A stretch of 64,000 bases of DNA from Ylistrum balloti. Lineage: Eukaryota. Under the pieces are notes generated by a model, which saw only the letters and a list, made by a program, of their open reading frames with translations, had not been told where the DNA came from and did not search any database. A program made the position numbers and the translations under genes. The DNA is taken from assembly GCF_031769215.1 (NCBI RefSeq), contig NW_026782247.1:2666001-2730000 (forward strand), written 5' to 3'. Positions within the stretch are counted from its first letter, which is position 1. Each line of letters opens with the position of its first letter. Shown here piece by piece: positions 23,146-36,700 of the stretch.

Positions 23146-24659
23146 GATGGTCGCTCAAGGCTGCAGATCTATTCCATGTCTCTTCTGACATAGGAATATG
23201 TCTGGAACATGATATAACACAATTGGAGTAAGATACAGTAAAACCCAGTAATGATTTAAAATCCCTCATGCAACCGTTTCATCTCAAGAGTGATGCCTAA
23301 GTGCCTTAATTGTTGAAACGTAAAAAGTAACTGAAGGAGATTTAAATTTGTCGAATTAAATGTCAAAACAAGATTGGCTAGGGTGGAGTAAGCCTTAAAT
23401 AGAATCTACATCATCACTTTAAATAATAGATAAAACGGTGAATGGGATTGAGATCATATAATCCTGCAGAATTTACATATCACGTATAGATGAAGCACGT
23501 TTTCTTACAATTGTTTGCAATGATTTTTCGATTTTTATATCTTGTATAACTGCTTTGTGATGGCGATCATAGTCAGTACAATTACCAAATAGACAGATAT
23601 ATTTTCAACTTTACTATCATATTGTAGTGTCTGCTAAAAAGTAGATTATGAATTTAAATCTATTTATGGATATAAATTGCTTTGTTTTTCACAAGTATAG
23701 AATTCTACTGAAGGGAGTGGAATAACTTTGTGTTAACTTAATTATATTATTTTACTTTATATTTCTCAATAATTCTATCTCTTACACTCATTCCAGACTT
23801 TGACAGCTGTACCTAGAGGACGACAGATATGTGTGTTTTATACTGCAACAGATGTGGTAAAATATGGTCGTTTTGATGTACAAACAAACAAGCGAACTAT
23901 TTAAATGTTGCTTCGAACCTTCCTGTCTATCCAGCTTCTGAACGTCTTCATCGCCCGCTTCTGAAGATCTCATTCGTCCTTTTCCAGTAAAATCTTAAAT
24001 ATCATTTCTGTTATCATGTCTTTATCAGGCAGGATCAATGGGATATCTTTTCGTTCTTTTATAACCACACATTCATTGGGTGTAGATTCAAAACCCAAGC
24101 CCATCAGTCACTGATCAATAAGCGAGAACCAAGGAAACTAATTTCATATTGTGATTTCATAGCTTCGACCAATACTCAATAAAAGTTCATTGTAATAACA
24201 TTTTGATATACCTCTATATCATATATTATATATTAACACTCAAATGTAGGAATTTCTCAATTTGATGAAAACTTATATCATCATTGCAGCGATGTGCAAC
24301 CATCAAAGATTCTCTATTAAGAAGAATCTATCTAATTGCCTTCTTATCGAATTATATCCCCTCAACACAGAGAATGAGAAATACTGGATAGGCGATAGCC
24401 TGACGGGTGTCAGGTGAAATTTGTGTGCAGCTTGTAACTGACATTGCCAGACTTATAATTTGGTGTACTAAATGCAATCGCAGCAAACAACATTGCATTT
24501 TATACAAATGTATAGAATCTGGCAAACAGCTCTTTGTAGTATAAGATTTCAAGACAAGCGTTAAGTAGCATTCTTTAAGGGAAAAGACAGAAAACGAGTA
24601 GGTACACGGTACAGCAAAATGAAATGATAGAAAAAGTCTATACAGATCTGATATCTATC

Positions 24660-25655
24660 AGTGTAACATAAATGGAAGGCTTTAGGCGACGTGTGTTCCT
24701 ATTCTGTGTGCTATTTCTTTGTCCAGTATGATGGTAACATAAATGGAAGGCTTTAGGCGACGTGTGTTCAAATTCTATGTGTTATTTCTTTGTGCAGTAT
24801 GATGGTAACATAAATGGAAGGCTTTAGGCGACGTGTGTTCATATTCTATCTTTGTGCAGTATGATGGTAACATAAATGGAAGGCTTTAGGCGACGTGTGT
24901 TCCTATTCTGTGTGCTATTTCTTTGTGCCGTATGATGGTAACATAAATGGAAGGATTTAGGCGACGTGTGTTCCTATTATGTGTGCTATTTCTTTGTGCC
25001 GTATGATGGTAACACAAATGGAAGGCTTTAGGCGACGTGTGTTCAAATTCTATCTTTGTGCAGTATGATGGTAACATAAATGGAAGGCTTTAGGCGACGT
25101 GTGTTCATATTCTATCTTTGTGCAGTATGATGGTAACATAAATGGAAGGCTTTAGGCGACGTGTGTTCCTATTCTATCTTTGTGCAGTATGATGGTAACA
25201 TAAATGGAAGGCTTAAGGCGACGTGTGTTCCTATTCTGTGTGCTATTTCTTTGTGCCGTATGATGGTAACATAAATGGAAGGCTTTAGGCGACGTGTGTT
25301 CAAATTCTATCTTTGTGCAGTATGATGGTAACATAAATGGAAGGCTTTAGGCGACGTGTGTTCATATTCTATCCTTGTGCAGTATGATGGTAACATAAAT
25401 GGAAGGCTTAAGGCGATGTGTGTTCCTATTCTGTGTGCTATTTCTTTGTGCAGTATGATGGTAACATAAATGGAAGGCTTTAGGCGACGTGTGTTCAAAT
25501 TCTATCTTTGTGCAGTATGATGGTAACATAAATGGAAGGCTTTAGGCGACGTGTGTTCATATTCTATCTTTGTGCAGTATGATGGTAACATAAATGGAAG
25601 GCTTAAGGCGATGTGTGTTCCTATTCTGTGTGCTATTTCTTTGTGCAGTATGATG
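24660..25655. repeat. Tandem array of 62- and 71-bp units (45-bp constant core plus short or long variable tail), about 15 units
   Basis: The core AGTATGATGGTAACATAAATGGAAGGCTTTAGGCGACGTGTGTTC alternates with ATATTCTATCTTTGTGC-like or CTATTCTGTGTGCTATTTCTTTGTGC-like tails. Confidence 0.95.
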
Positions 25656-25717
25656 GCGGACGTGTTTGATGCTCGTTAATTTGATCCCGTTTTTGTTTCC
25701 TGTGTACTTATTTGGAA

Positions 25718-25810
25718 ACATGACATTATTTACTTGGATTAACAAAGATTTACTCGTCGTCGACGAAGCTAAAGATGCTTACTCTTCTAGAACACCTGGT
25801 CTTATCTTTT
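25718..25810 (+). mobile_element. Interspersed repeat family B, copy 2
   Basis: Similar to 10499-10591(-) and 60070-60146(+); the ORF translations share TLFTWIxKD. Confidence 0.55.
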
Positions 25811-25931
25811 TGGTTATTAGGGAGAGGGGGATGGGGGGAGGTTGCACGATGCTAAGTTATACCACAGATGTTGTATTTACTTGTAATTACGTACTTAAGC
25901 GTTTCCATGATGAAGTGTTACATGAAGTGTC

Positions 25932-26165
25932 GGGTGATCGGGTGGCGCAGTGGTAACGCACTCGCCTTTCACCTAGCCGTCTGGGGTTCCATTCCCGGAA
26001 TGGATGTGAAAATGTATGGTTTACCTGACGGCCACGTGGGTTTTCCCCGGATATTCCGGTTTCCTCCCATAATTTAACCCTTCGTGCGCTTACATCCGAG
26101 CCAACAAGAGTGATTAGAATAATTTGGAATAAATTGTTTCGCATTTGTTGTAAAACAAATAAAGT
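25932..26165 (+). mobile_element. Full-length tRNA-headed V-SINE-like retroposon, copy 3
   Basis: Pol III A-box-like GTGGCGCAGTGGTAA and B-box-like GGTTCCATTCCC, followed by the V-domain-like CCACGTGGGTTTTCCCCGGATATTCCGGTTTCCTCCCA and an AT-rich tail. Confidence 0.85.
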
Positions 26166-26589
26166 TTATGGTTTATAGATATAAAGGTTACATATCATTG
26201 ACCTAATTACCGTGAAATAAGTGGTACATATAGTTGTATACAATTAGAAATACATATAATCGATGAAGTAATTGTAAACACAATATAGGCGAAAACAAGA
26301 TGTGACTCTCTGGGACAATATGACAGTACTGTTAGCCTGAGAAGAATTAAATTTTATAAATAAAATGTTTGACACATCTGAAAATACTTTCATTCTCATC
26401 AATGGATAAATTTAGATCACCGACAGGAAGTGTGTCCAGGGTGTAGTTATCACGTAAGTTTACAAAGCATTCGTCTTTTATAGTCGATAAGATACAAGGA
26501 AATCATACTTACACGGCAATAACATCTTATAACATTCATTCGGTTTAGAATTAGCTTTTCAATAGATGCCTATAGTAGTTCCAGCACTG

Positions 26590-27050
26590 TATTTGTAGTT
26601 CCAACAGAGTATGTAGTTCCCACACAGTATATGTAGCACCGACATAGTTTATGTTGTTCCCAAATAGTGCCTGTTGTTCAAACAGTGTATTTAGTTCCGT
26701 CACAAATTATGTAATTCCTACACAGTGTATGTTGTTACCACACATATTATATTGTTCCCACACAAATTATGTAATTCCCACACTGTATGTTATTCTCACA
26801 CAAAGTATGTAGTTCCAACACAGTATTTGTAGTTCCCACAGTGTATGTAGTTCCCACACAGTTTATGTTGTTCCCATACAGAGTATGTAGTTCCCACACA
26901 GTTTATGTTGTTCCCACACAGAGTATTTAGTTCCCACACTGTATGTTATTCCCACACAAAGTATTTAGTTCCCACAATGTACGTATTCCCACACAGTGTA
27001 TGTTAATCCCACACAAAGTATGTAGTTCCAACACAGTGTATGTTGTTGTC
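26590..27050. repeat. Degenerate minisatellite of about 20-21 bp (CACAGTGTATGTAGTTCCCA-like)
   Basis: Recurrent CACAC...TATGTAGTTCC motifs with many substitutions. Confidence 0.85.
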
Positions 27051-28289
27051 AGTTGTCCCAAGTAGTGACCTAAAGATTTGAAACATGTATTGAGATTTTC
27101 TAAATTTGAGTATTCAAATCTTAATTCCCAATTGTCCAAATTTAATCTAAATGTGGTATGTATTCTATGATAATTAAATGTTGTTACTATGATTTTACGA
27201 ATGGATTAAGGTTCTCGGTTAGATGAAATATGAATTGCAGTTCAAAGAATGGCATTAATACTAAAATTTGTTTTAAATGAGGTAATATATATTGGCTAAA
27301 CGAGTAATGAGTACGCATGACTGTACATACACAGCTGACAATAACAGAATATTCGTGGAATCTACATGTCAATAATCTTATTCATATTTGTGACGGCGAC
27401 TTCAATGTATTGCCTTACAAATAAGTTACTTTTTCTCAGAATAACTTTCAAAATTTATTCAGTAGATCTTGTAATACCCGAATAATCTCTAAAAATAACA
27501 CCATATCGTCAGCATAATGAATAAAATGAAGTCTTAAAATTCATAATGTAAATTACAGTGCGTTATAAAGAATCATTCACAATCGTTGACAAAGGAAAAA
27601 ACCAGGTACAGGATTTCCTCCTGGAATATTTTATAGTTTGAACCACAAATGAACACGATCAACACGGTCAAGTGCTTTTAGGAAATCAATGAAGCAGTCG
27701 TCTAAACGTTTGTTGATGCTGAAAGATTTAGTAATAGCACATATTAAATATACCTAGGACATTTTTATGTACAAACCATCTTAAAAAATTGTTTGTTTGT
27801 AAATTAACATCGATCCTTAAGCTTGTCCTCACGTTTATTAGCAAATCCATACAAACGTTTACCACCTGCCCACCTGCACTTGTACGCTCTGTGTGTACCC
27901 GGCACATAGGCGAATCTAATAGTAGTTGAGAGATAATACCAATGATTGCTGCAGTAAATAACCCTTGTGTAACCGATTCTCCAATCTGAACTATATAATT
28001 TATTTTTGCTATATTTACTTCATTTTCTATAAAATCAGATATTATTAACTATACATACTTACGTGTGTCCTCGAATGTACCATCGCTCTTGGCCAATGAA
28101 AGACACGTATACATCTCCACGTGTAGGGGGCGTGGTCTAATGATACATTGGAATTTCCAACATTTAACAATGGACAGATGTAAGTTATGACAGGCTTAGG
28201 CGAAAAAGCAAAACACTGGAACCAATATCTCCACAATATGCATAAATGTTTGAGAAAAGACGAAAGACAACTCAACGTATGCTTATGAC

Positions 28290-28698
28290 GTATGTTTGTA
28301 ACGTATATTGATGACATATCATGTTGGTAACGTATGTTGATGACGTATATTGGTAACGTATGTTTGTGACGTATCATGTTGGTAACGTATGTTTGTGACG
28401 TATCATGTTGGTAACGTAGGTTTGTGACGTATCATGTTGGTAACGTATGTTTGTGCATATCATGTTGGTAACGAATGTTTGTGCATATCATGTTGGTAAC
28501 GTATGTTTGTGACGTATCATGTTGGAAACGTATGTTTGTGATGTATCATGTTGGTAACGTATGTTTGTGACGTATCATGTTGGTAACGTATGTTTGTGAC
28601 GTATCATGTTGGTAACGTATGTTTGTGACGTATCATGTTGGTAGCGTATGTTTGTGACGTATGCTGGTGACGTATGTTTTGTGACATATGTTGGTGTA
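28290..28698. repeat. 29-bp minisatellite, ACGTATGTTTGTGACGTATCATGTTGGTA
   Basis: The period of 29 is built from ACGTATG subrepeats; a related array resumes at 29295-29715. Confidence 0.9.
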
Positions 28699-29280
28699 GC
28701 CTGGTTTGCTAACAAGGAAGTAAAACGCAAAATACTATTTAAATGTATTAGTCCCACACCAAGTGACACGGCATTCTGGCCATGACTTTTCACAGACACA
28801 TTTACACATACGTTTATTGGGCCCGAGTTTTGATCGTACATTTTTAAAGTTCTAACAATGTAAAGGTTCTGAATAATTGTTGTGGTAATAGCATTCATAA
28901 TGATCTTTAAAAAACAAAAATAAAGAAATCATTCAAAGACTTAATACTTAAATTGACATACTTCCTGAAAATTATAGAAGTACTCATCTAGATGGTATAA
29001 GATATCATAGTTATCTGTAAACATAATAACGTAACAATGGTGATTTCATTTCCGTGAAAGATAACTTTTATCATTGTAATGGCTGGCGTTACTCTTAACA
29101 ACAGCCAAATATTGACACTCTTACACGTAAGTGGAGTTGATACAAAAGGCAGTGTTCAATCATTGTCACCGTTCATGTCACACGATATAAAAACTATGTC
29201 GAGGTTAGGTATAATGATAATATAATAATAATTACTGTGTATGTCCGGATCTTCCATGTATTCCGGATCTCCATGTAGTT
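28699..29280 (+). repeat. Copy A of a direct duplication or interspersed element of about 580 bp
   Basis: Highly similar to 31169-31830, from GCCTGGTTTGCT to CCGGATCTTCCAT. ORFs 28575..28898 and 31150..31401 give near-identical peptides. Confidence 0.9.
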
Positions 29281-29294
29281 CGAATCTCCGAATG

Positions 29295-29715
29295 TATGTG
29301 ACGTATGTTGATAACTTATGTTTGTGACGTATGTTGGTAACGTATGTTTGTGAGGTATGTTGATAACTTATGTCTGTGACGTATGTTTGTGACATATGTT
29401 TGTGACGTTTGTTTGTGAGGTATGTTAGTGACGTATGTTGATGACGTATGTTGTTGACGTATGTTTGTGACGTATATTGGCAACGTCTATTCGTGACGTG
29501 TGTTGGTGACGTGTGTTGGTAACGTATGTTGATGACGTATGTTGATGACGTGTGTTGGTGACGTATATTGGCAACGTCTATTCGTGACGTGTGTTGGTGA
29601 CGTGTGTTGGTAACGTATGTTGATGACGTATGTTGATGACGTGTGTTGGTGACGTGTGTTGGTAACGTATGTTGATGACGTATGTTGATGACGTGTATTG
29701 GTGACGTGTGTTGAA
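29295..29715. repeat. GACGTATGTT/GACGTGTGTT minisatellite (11-13-bp subunits)
   Basis: Shares subunits with the 28290-28698 array. Confidence 0.9.
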
Positions 29716-30727
29716 GAACTTCTTTTCAATGATATCGATTTACATAACTTGTTTGATACTTATAAGATATCATTTTTTTTTCCTGTAGAATACTTTATGA
29801 TTTATTAGTGGTACACCACTCGTTAATGTTATCCTAAAAACCCTCATATCATACAAGATATATGAGATATAAGTTATTATAATTAGATTGTACCTACTGA
29901 GGGTTCCATTATACACTGTACAACTTCTCATCAAAGTTGAAACCTAGGAAAAAGTCGCGGTCTCGGAGGAATTCTGAAATTCTATGCATTAATAATATAT
30001 TTCAGAAACATTTGTTTTGTTGTAGAATAAAAATACTTGTAGTATAGCATATTTCATGATTACATACATAACGTATTTATCATTGCAATTCAAGCTTTAT
30101 TTAGATAATCAATATGGCTATAATATGAATGTGTATATTTAAGGCTCTGTGTATTCTTGTCCGTATCGAGCACATGTCCTGTATTAACCTGAAACTATAC
30201 AACTTGAAGTCCTTTAAGGTGTATCTAACCGAGAACTAGTATTGTGTGATCCGAGTCGTGTTTTAAGTAGTGTGTGTGTGTTGGTGTGTAAATACGCTTT
30301 GTATTCGTCTCACAGGGTATATCAATCGATTAAATTGCCGACGATCATCTACCAAAACACGACGTGTGTTGTTCTGACGTACCCGCCTTATTAATTATAC
30401 CATACACACATGTACACACGTGTATCTCATACCAGTCAATAGTATTGATCTCATTGATCTTTGTGTTACTGTCGTGTTACGTATATCACATTAAGGCGAA
30501 GAAGACTGACAAGAAAACATATACACCGTGTTGTCACATGGTACCCGGGATATGTTATTGTTAATGATGATTTAAGACATTTGTGTTCCGTTCGAAGACA
30601 CATGGATTCCATGAGATTTGTCTACCATATGGGGACAGGTAACTGTGTAGATTAGAATATCGAGTCTACAGGAATTCATAGAAGGAAACTAAGATAAAGG
30701 AGAGAGCTGTTCCGAGAATAAGGGACG

Positions 30728-33700
30728 ATGGCGGAAAACGTAAAGGTAGCAGTTCGAGTGAGGCCATTCATATCCTTTGTAATAAATTCGTTTATCAGTG
30801 TCATCAATGATCACATGTGTTTGAGGATGATTGCAGCATAAGTACAATCGATTCAGCGTTGCCAAGCACGCGCAATCGCTAATCGTCAGGCAAGTCTTTA
30901 TTTCCGGTTCAGTTATTGATACAAAGACTTTGTGGAAACATACCATATTTATGTACTGATCATCGTAGTTTAATAAGTCTAACCAAAACATTTGCTTGTT
31001 TTTCGAAAATGGTTTCAAAGCTGTAAATCAATTCTGTCAGAAGAGGGTTTATTTTAATTGGTAGCGTCCCATGTGTGATTCTATTGGGGCGTCTATTGTA
31101 CATACACGCATAGCTATCTCTAGATATAGTATGCTATATATACTATATACTATAGCAAGATAAGACATGCCTGGTTTGCTACCAAGGAAATAAAACGAAA
31201 AATGCTATTTAAATGTATTAGTCCCACACCAAATGACACAGCAATCTGGTCATGACTTTTCACAGACACATTTACACATACGTTTATTGGGCCCGAGTTT
31301 TGATCGTACATTTTTAAAGTTCTAACAATGTAATGGTTCTGAATAATTGTTGTGATAATAGCATTCATAATGATCTTTAAAAACAAAAATAAAGAAATCA
31401 TTCAAAGACTTAAAACTTAAATTGACATACTTCCTGAAAATTATAGAAGTACTCATCTAGATGGTATAAGATATCATAGTTATCTGTAAACAAAATAACG
31501 TAACAATGGTGATTTCATTTCCGCGAAAGATAACTTTTATCATTGTAACGGCTGGCGTTACTCTTAACAACAGCCAAATATTGACACTCTTACACGTAAG
31601 TGGAGTTGATACAAAAGGCAATGTTCAATCGTTGTCACCGTTCATGTCACACAGTATAAAAAATATGTCAAGGTTAGGTATTAGTGTTACAGACCTATAG
31701 TTACAGATGTACGCTGCGCGATTGTTTACTAGATATACGATATATATACAGTTAGCAAATAAGGTTACTGATAATTACTGTGTATGTCCGGATCTTCCAT
31801 TGAGTCCGGATCTTCCATTGAGTCCGGATTTTCCATTGGTGTTTATTTCAGAAAGAGCTTTTGAATTTTATCAAATTCTGATCCTGAGAAAGTTAGTAAT
31901 TTTCATCCTATTATAAAGGGAGATAACTTCAATCTTTGTAATTACTTGTTATGCACTTATGCTGTTTGCACTTATAACACAGTAATACTGTAGCAATGCC
32001 ACAAATTGTAAACATGAAGTGATATCATCAAAACAATTAGAGCGACGTATCAAGTACAGGGAAAATTTAAAACATAATATTGAAAAACCAAAAATAAAAA
32101 CAATGATGTCTTCTTTTCAATACAGACACAGAGATGTCTTTTCAGGTTTTTCAAAAAGTGCACATTTGTCAAAACATTGGCAGGTTGTACCATTAGATGT
32201 TCCACACCATCAATTGACTATCGTCTATCATCCTACTGATGTCGACATCTTCACAAGTGTGTGAAATCGCTGTTAATTTTTACATTATATCGGATCCTAG
32301 AATTATCCCCCCTTCTCCTCAGTGATCACACGCACGAAAAAAATGTGAGGACAAAGGTAACACCTATTACATAATTTTGTATCAGAAGATCATGTAAGTT
32401 TTTGTTTAAATATAGGAATATTTTAATTAACCAGAAATTATACATAAAATTAACAAACATCAACTGTTTGATACATGTACAAAGTATTAATATATATAGC
32501 AACCTTCATAACATGCAATGTCATTTAATCTACAATACATCAGTAAGGCTACTTCAGTACATGATCCTAACGAATTGACCTTGACACTAGCTCACAATGA
32601 AAGAGAGGAGGACAGAAATGCCACTCCTGTCATCAAGATGGAGGGAAAATGTACGGAGATTTTCAACCCCGAGGATATGAAAGCGGAACCAAAGAAATTC
32701 AACTTTGATTATTCCTACTGGTCACATGATGGATACACGAAGCGCCCGGATGGATATATGGAACCGGCAGAACCGAAATATGCCGATCAGGTACATTTAG
32801 TATAAACTAATCTGATCGGGTTTGACCTTTGAACTTGTTTGTTTAGATATGATGTTACATGTCTCCTCTTTTATCATGTACTGTAATACTGAGGAATTCT
32901 ATCTTCGTATGGTTTTAACTGTACACATAGCATACCTTAATCAACATGTAAACAATTTACTTTGTATCTAATTAAAATTATTTCTTGGGGAACGGAAAAT
33001 ACACATAAAGTCATCAGAACTATATTTAGATCTATCACAGCTGAGTAAAACATCACAGTATATTGTAATATTGGTAGGAACGGAATCACGTGATAGTTGT
33101 TCAAATTGTTTCTCTCTAGCAACGAGTCTTTGACGACCTTGGCAAAGGAGTGCTTGACAATGCCTGGAAGGGCTACAACTGTTCTCTGTTTGCGTACGGA
33201 CAGACCGGAAGTGGAAAGACATACTCTATGGTCGGTTACCAAGCCAATAAAGGGATCGTTCCCATGGTCTGTACCGAGCTCTTCAAGGCTATCGACCAAA
33301 AACGATCCGATGTCAGTGACACTAAAGACAAGGGAGTGTATGAGGTAAAATATATATTTTGTGTGATAGCTAATTGTACGTATAGAACAGTATCCCCGAC
33401 AAGGTGTTTTAGAACGCGACAATAGTCAAAAGTTTGCGATTATCCAGTAAAGGTAATTTTGAATGACATCGTAAGGTATTATAATACACTTTTCTAATGT
33501 TTAGCAACTGACACTACAAATATGCATACAGCATTAATTTTATTTTTGTTACCAAATTTAATCATGGTTCCATTTTACTCGCTCATATACCCGACGGCCA
33601 AGTGAGAATATGCCGTGGTGCGACGCCCTTTCCTTTAAAGAATTTCTTCTCAATAACCAAGAGGACCCAGGGTCAAGACATTGAGTCAATATGCTTTCAA

Positions 33701-36700
33701 GCTTGTCCAAATGAGATACCTTGACCAACTTTTAAGGTCAAAGGTGTTACATTCTTCAGCGGGCTTCTTCTCAATACCAAGAGAAAAAGAACATTTATGT
33801 TATGTCGATAGTAAAATCGTGTCCAAATTCATGACCTTGAAAAGCTCTCATAGAATTAGGACTTTGTTATAAAATGTTGTGCTAATGAAAATATTTGTTT
33901 TTTCCTGTACTGAACAGGTGATGATCAGCATGTTAGAAATTTACAACGAACAGGTGCGTGATTTGCTGAACTCCAAAACAATTAAAAACAGGGGAAGCAT
34001 GAACATCAAGAGTGATCCAAAACGAGGCTTCTACGGTAATAAAACTGAAAATATTCATATAGAATCGCTAAAATTATAGCCCCTATAGTGCCAGAAAGAT
34101 TAAAGCGTTTTGATAGAGACTGAAGCAGGTATATTATTTGTTCTGTCCGTTCTAACATATATTTAATATAATTGTTTTCAGAAAGGTTATATTTTGATTT
34201 GAATATAGATGGTTAAATGGCAACATTTTCGACCTTGTGCCAAAGGAAAATGACATTCGAACGAAAATTTCTCATCAAATCTTCGTTATCGTTTACAAAA
34301 TGTCATGTATTTTTCAAAGATGCTCAACATTCAATACAAGTTTCGAATTATATTTTCATGCAGTTGAAGGACTTATGAAATCGCTTGTGAACAGTTACCC
34401 GGAAATTGAAAATAAAATCAATGAAGGCACGAAAAACAGAACAGTAGCGTCCACCAACATGAACGCCACGAGCAGGTCTGTACAAGCTTTACATTCAGAT
34501 GCGTGACGTCATTTTATATCGAACTGTAGTAACGTTATAAAAATCGGCGCAAAAACTAAAATATATATTATTCTATTCACTGTGTATAACAAACAAATGC
34601 AAAGTGTATCTTGCATAAAGTCAACTCTGAATGAAAAAGTTACCATATTGTTTCTGGATAAATATACGTTCGCAGAAATGGAGAAATAGGGTGGTACAGT
34701 TTTATCTGTTTTTGTGTTGATCTAGATAGAAATTTTTTATCCTATAATCTCTAACCGAAAAGACAAGTAAAACAAGAATAAGTGGTAAAACTATAATAGG
34801 AATGATTAATGAAAATACCCTGCGCGTGACAGGGTTCGAACTAACAACCCTACGATCTCTAACTGGTCAGGCCATCGCTCAACTAACAGAAAATTCCCAC
34901 TTGTGTAAGCTAGTAAGGCGACCTGTACTTCGTACTCTCAGCTTCTACAAAACTATTGAAGCATACAATTGCATCTCGTCCACCATCTAATAGGAATACG
35001 GATATTTTTGAAATGTGTGTAGGAAATATCCATTGTCTACATCAGTATAATGTGTAAGAGTTTTGAAATCGCAATGTTTTGTTACAGCCGCGCTCACACC
35101 ATCGTGGCCATCCACTTCAAACAGGAATCAAAGGATAGCACTGGTCAGAATATGACAAAGACATCAGTTATCAACCTCGTGGACTTGGCTGGCAGGTAAG
35201 ACAAGACCCCAAATTGTAGACCAGAACCCTCATTTATCTGGTCGACAGAATAAGCAAGATTTTTTATGTACCTTTTTTAACTAAAGGCATTCAATGTTAA
35301 TGCCCTTGCTATTTATAGACTTCTGTGTTTAGTCTGACTCTTCACTCGTTATGATAAACAGAAATCTTCCCTTCGCCAAGTCGGTATGGAGTCACAGGTA
35401 TTCTACCTGAGTAACACACATGTACATGTTAAAGGTGTTCTCTGAACGATATTCTGGTTTATGTTTTCACGTTAAATGTCTTTTTAGATAAGCTGTAATG
35501 AATGTGTGGTGAAAAATGAGCACAATGGGATACGATTATCGTGCAGTCGACAAACATATTAGGATGTTGTAATCAGAATGTATTTTGTCAATATCGTTAC
35601 CCATTCTCGAGTTAAATTAACTTAATAAAATTACATAAAATTTACATTTGATAAATATTACTTTTCGTCTCTGTTTTATCAGATGTTATTGTTCTATTCT
35701 CCTATTTTTACTCAATAGAAGACTTGTCGAAGGGCTGAAATAAAACAGACTGATAACAGGTGCTACCTGAAGAAATGTAGTCAGTGTTGATATAACGTAA
35801 TGAGAATAACACGATGCTGGGATGATACCACAACTACAAATGTTATTGAGGTCAAGAAAGAATTATAGTGATTTCAGTACCGTAAAATTATTTTGTTAAG
35901 CAAACTACATTAAATTAATTATTTGAAACCCGTAACAATGTCTGTGTGTTCGAAGTGCGACTTTACCTTGTCCTGCTTACATTATAAAACATATTAATTT
36001 GCTCAGCTTAACTTGCATGTAGTTTATACAGATTAAGCATGGTTTCATTTTATCAGCGAGAGAGTTGCGAGTACTGGAGCACAAGGAGACAGGCTTAAAG
36101 AAGGCAGTAGCATTAACCAGTCTCTAAGTTCACTTGGAAATGTCATCAATGCTCTAGCTAAGAGCAAGCCTTTCAGTAAGTTACAACCTTATATGTTTTG
36201 TAAACAAAACTCAATTTTAGGTAGATGAGATTTAAAATGAGCACATTTATGCAAATTATCATATTTTGAATTAGTTTAGTTTGCTTAAGTAGTTATTTTC
36301 AATATATATCGATTAATGAATTTATACTTAAATACTTTCGAGCATTTCAACTTCATAAATCTGCTCTGAAGTTTGACGTAAAATCCTTTGCAGTTCCGTA
36401 TAGAGATTCAGCATTGACGAAATTGTTAAAGAATGCTCTTGGTGGCAACAGTAAGACTATCATGGTAAGTCATAACATTTATATTACCCCTAGTTATATC
36501 ACATAATTGATACTTTCTTTTACCAAATATTAAACATTTAATGTCGTTTTCATATTAGACTATTGCCAAGTAGATGTTTTTAATAAGCGATATGTTGTAT
36601 TCTGAATTGATAACAAGCAGCTAGGTCTGATTGTTTTGGCACAATTGCATTACTTTATGAAGATTGTAAATAAATACTAACAAAATATAACGGAGTAATC

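Noticed and set aside
24660-25655. CRISPR array
   Set aside because: The 'spacers' are only a few mutually related variants, no cas genes are present and the context is eukaryotic.
30689-31018. 109-aa minus-strand ORF overlapping the kinesin start
   Set aside because: It is an antisense shadow of exon 1 and intron 1, with no recognisable domain.
30770-32607. Frameshift, microexon or pseudogenisation at the kinesin exon 1/2 junction (GT at 30779, AG at 32590)
   Set aside because: Fully explained by an AT-AC U12 intron that restores the canonical RPFNERE motif.
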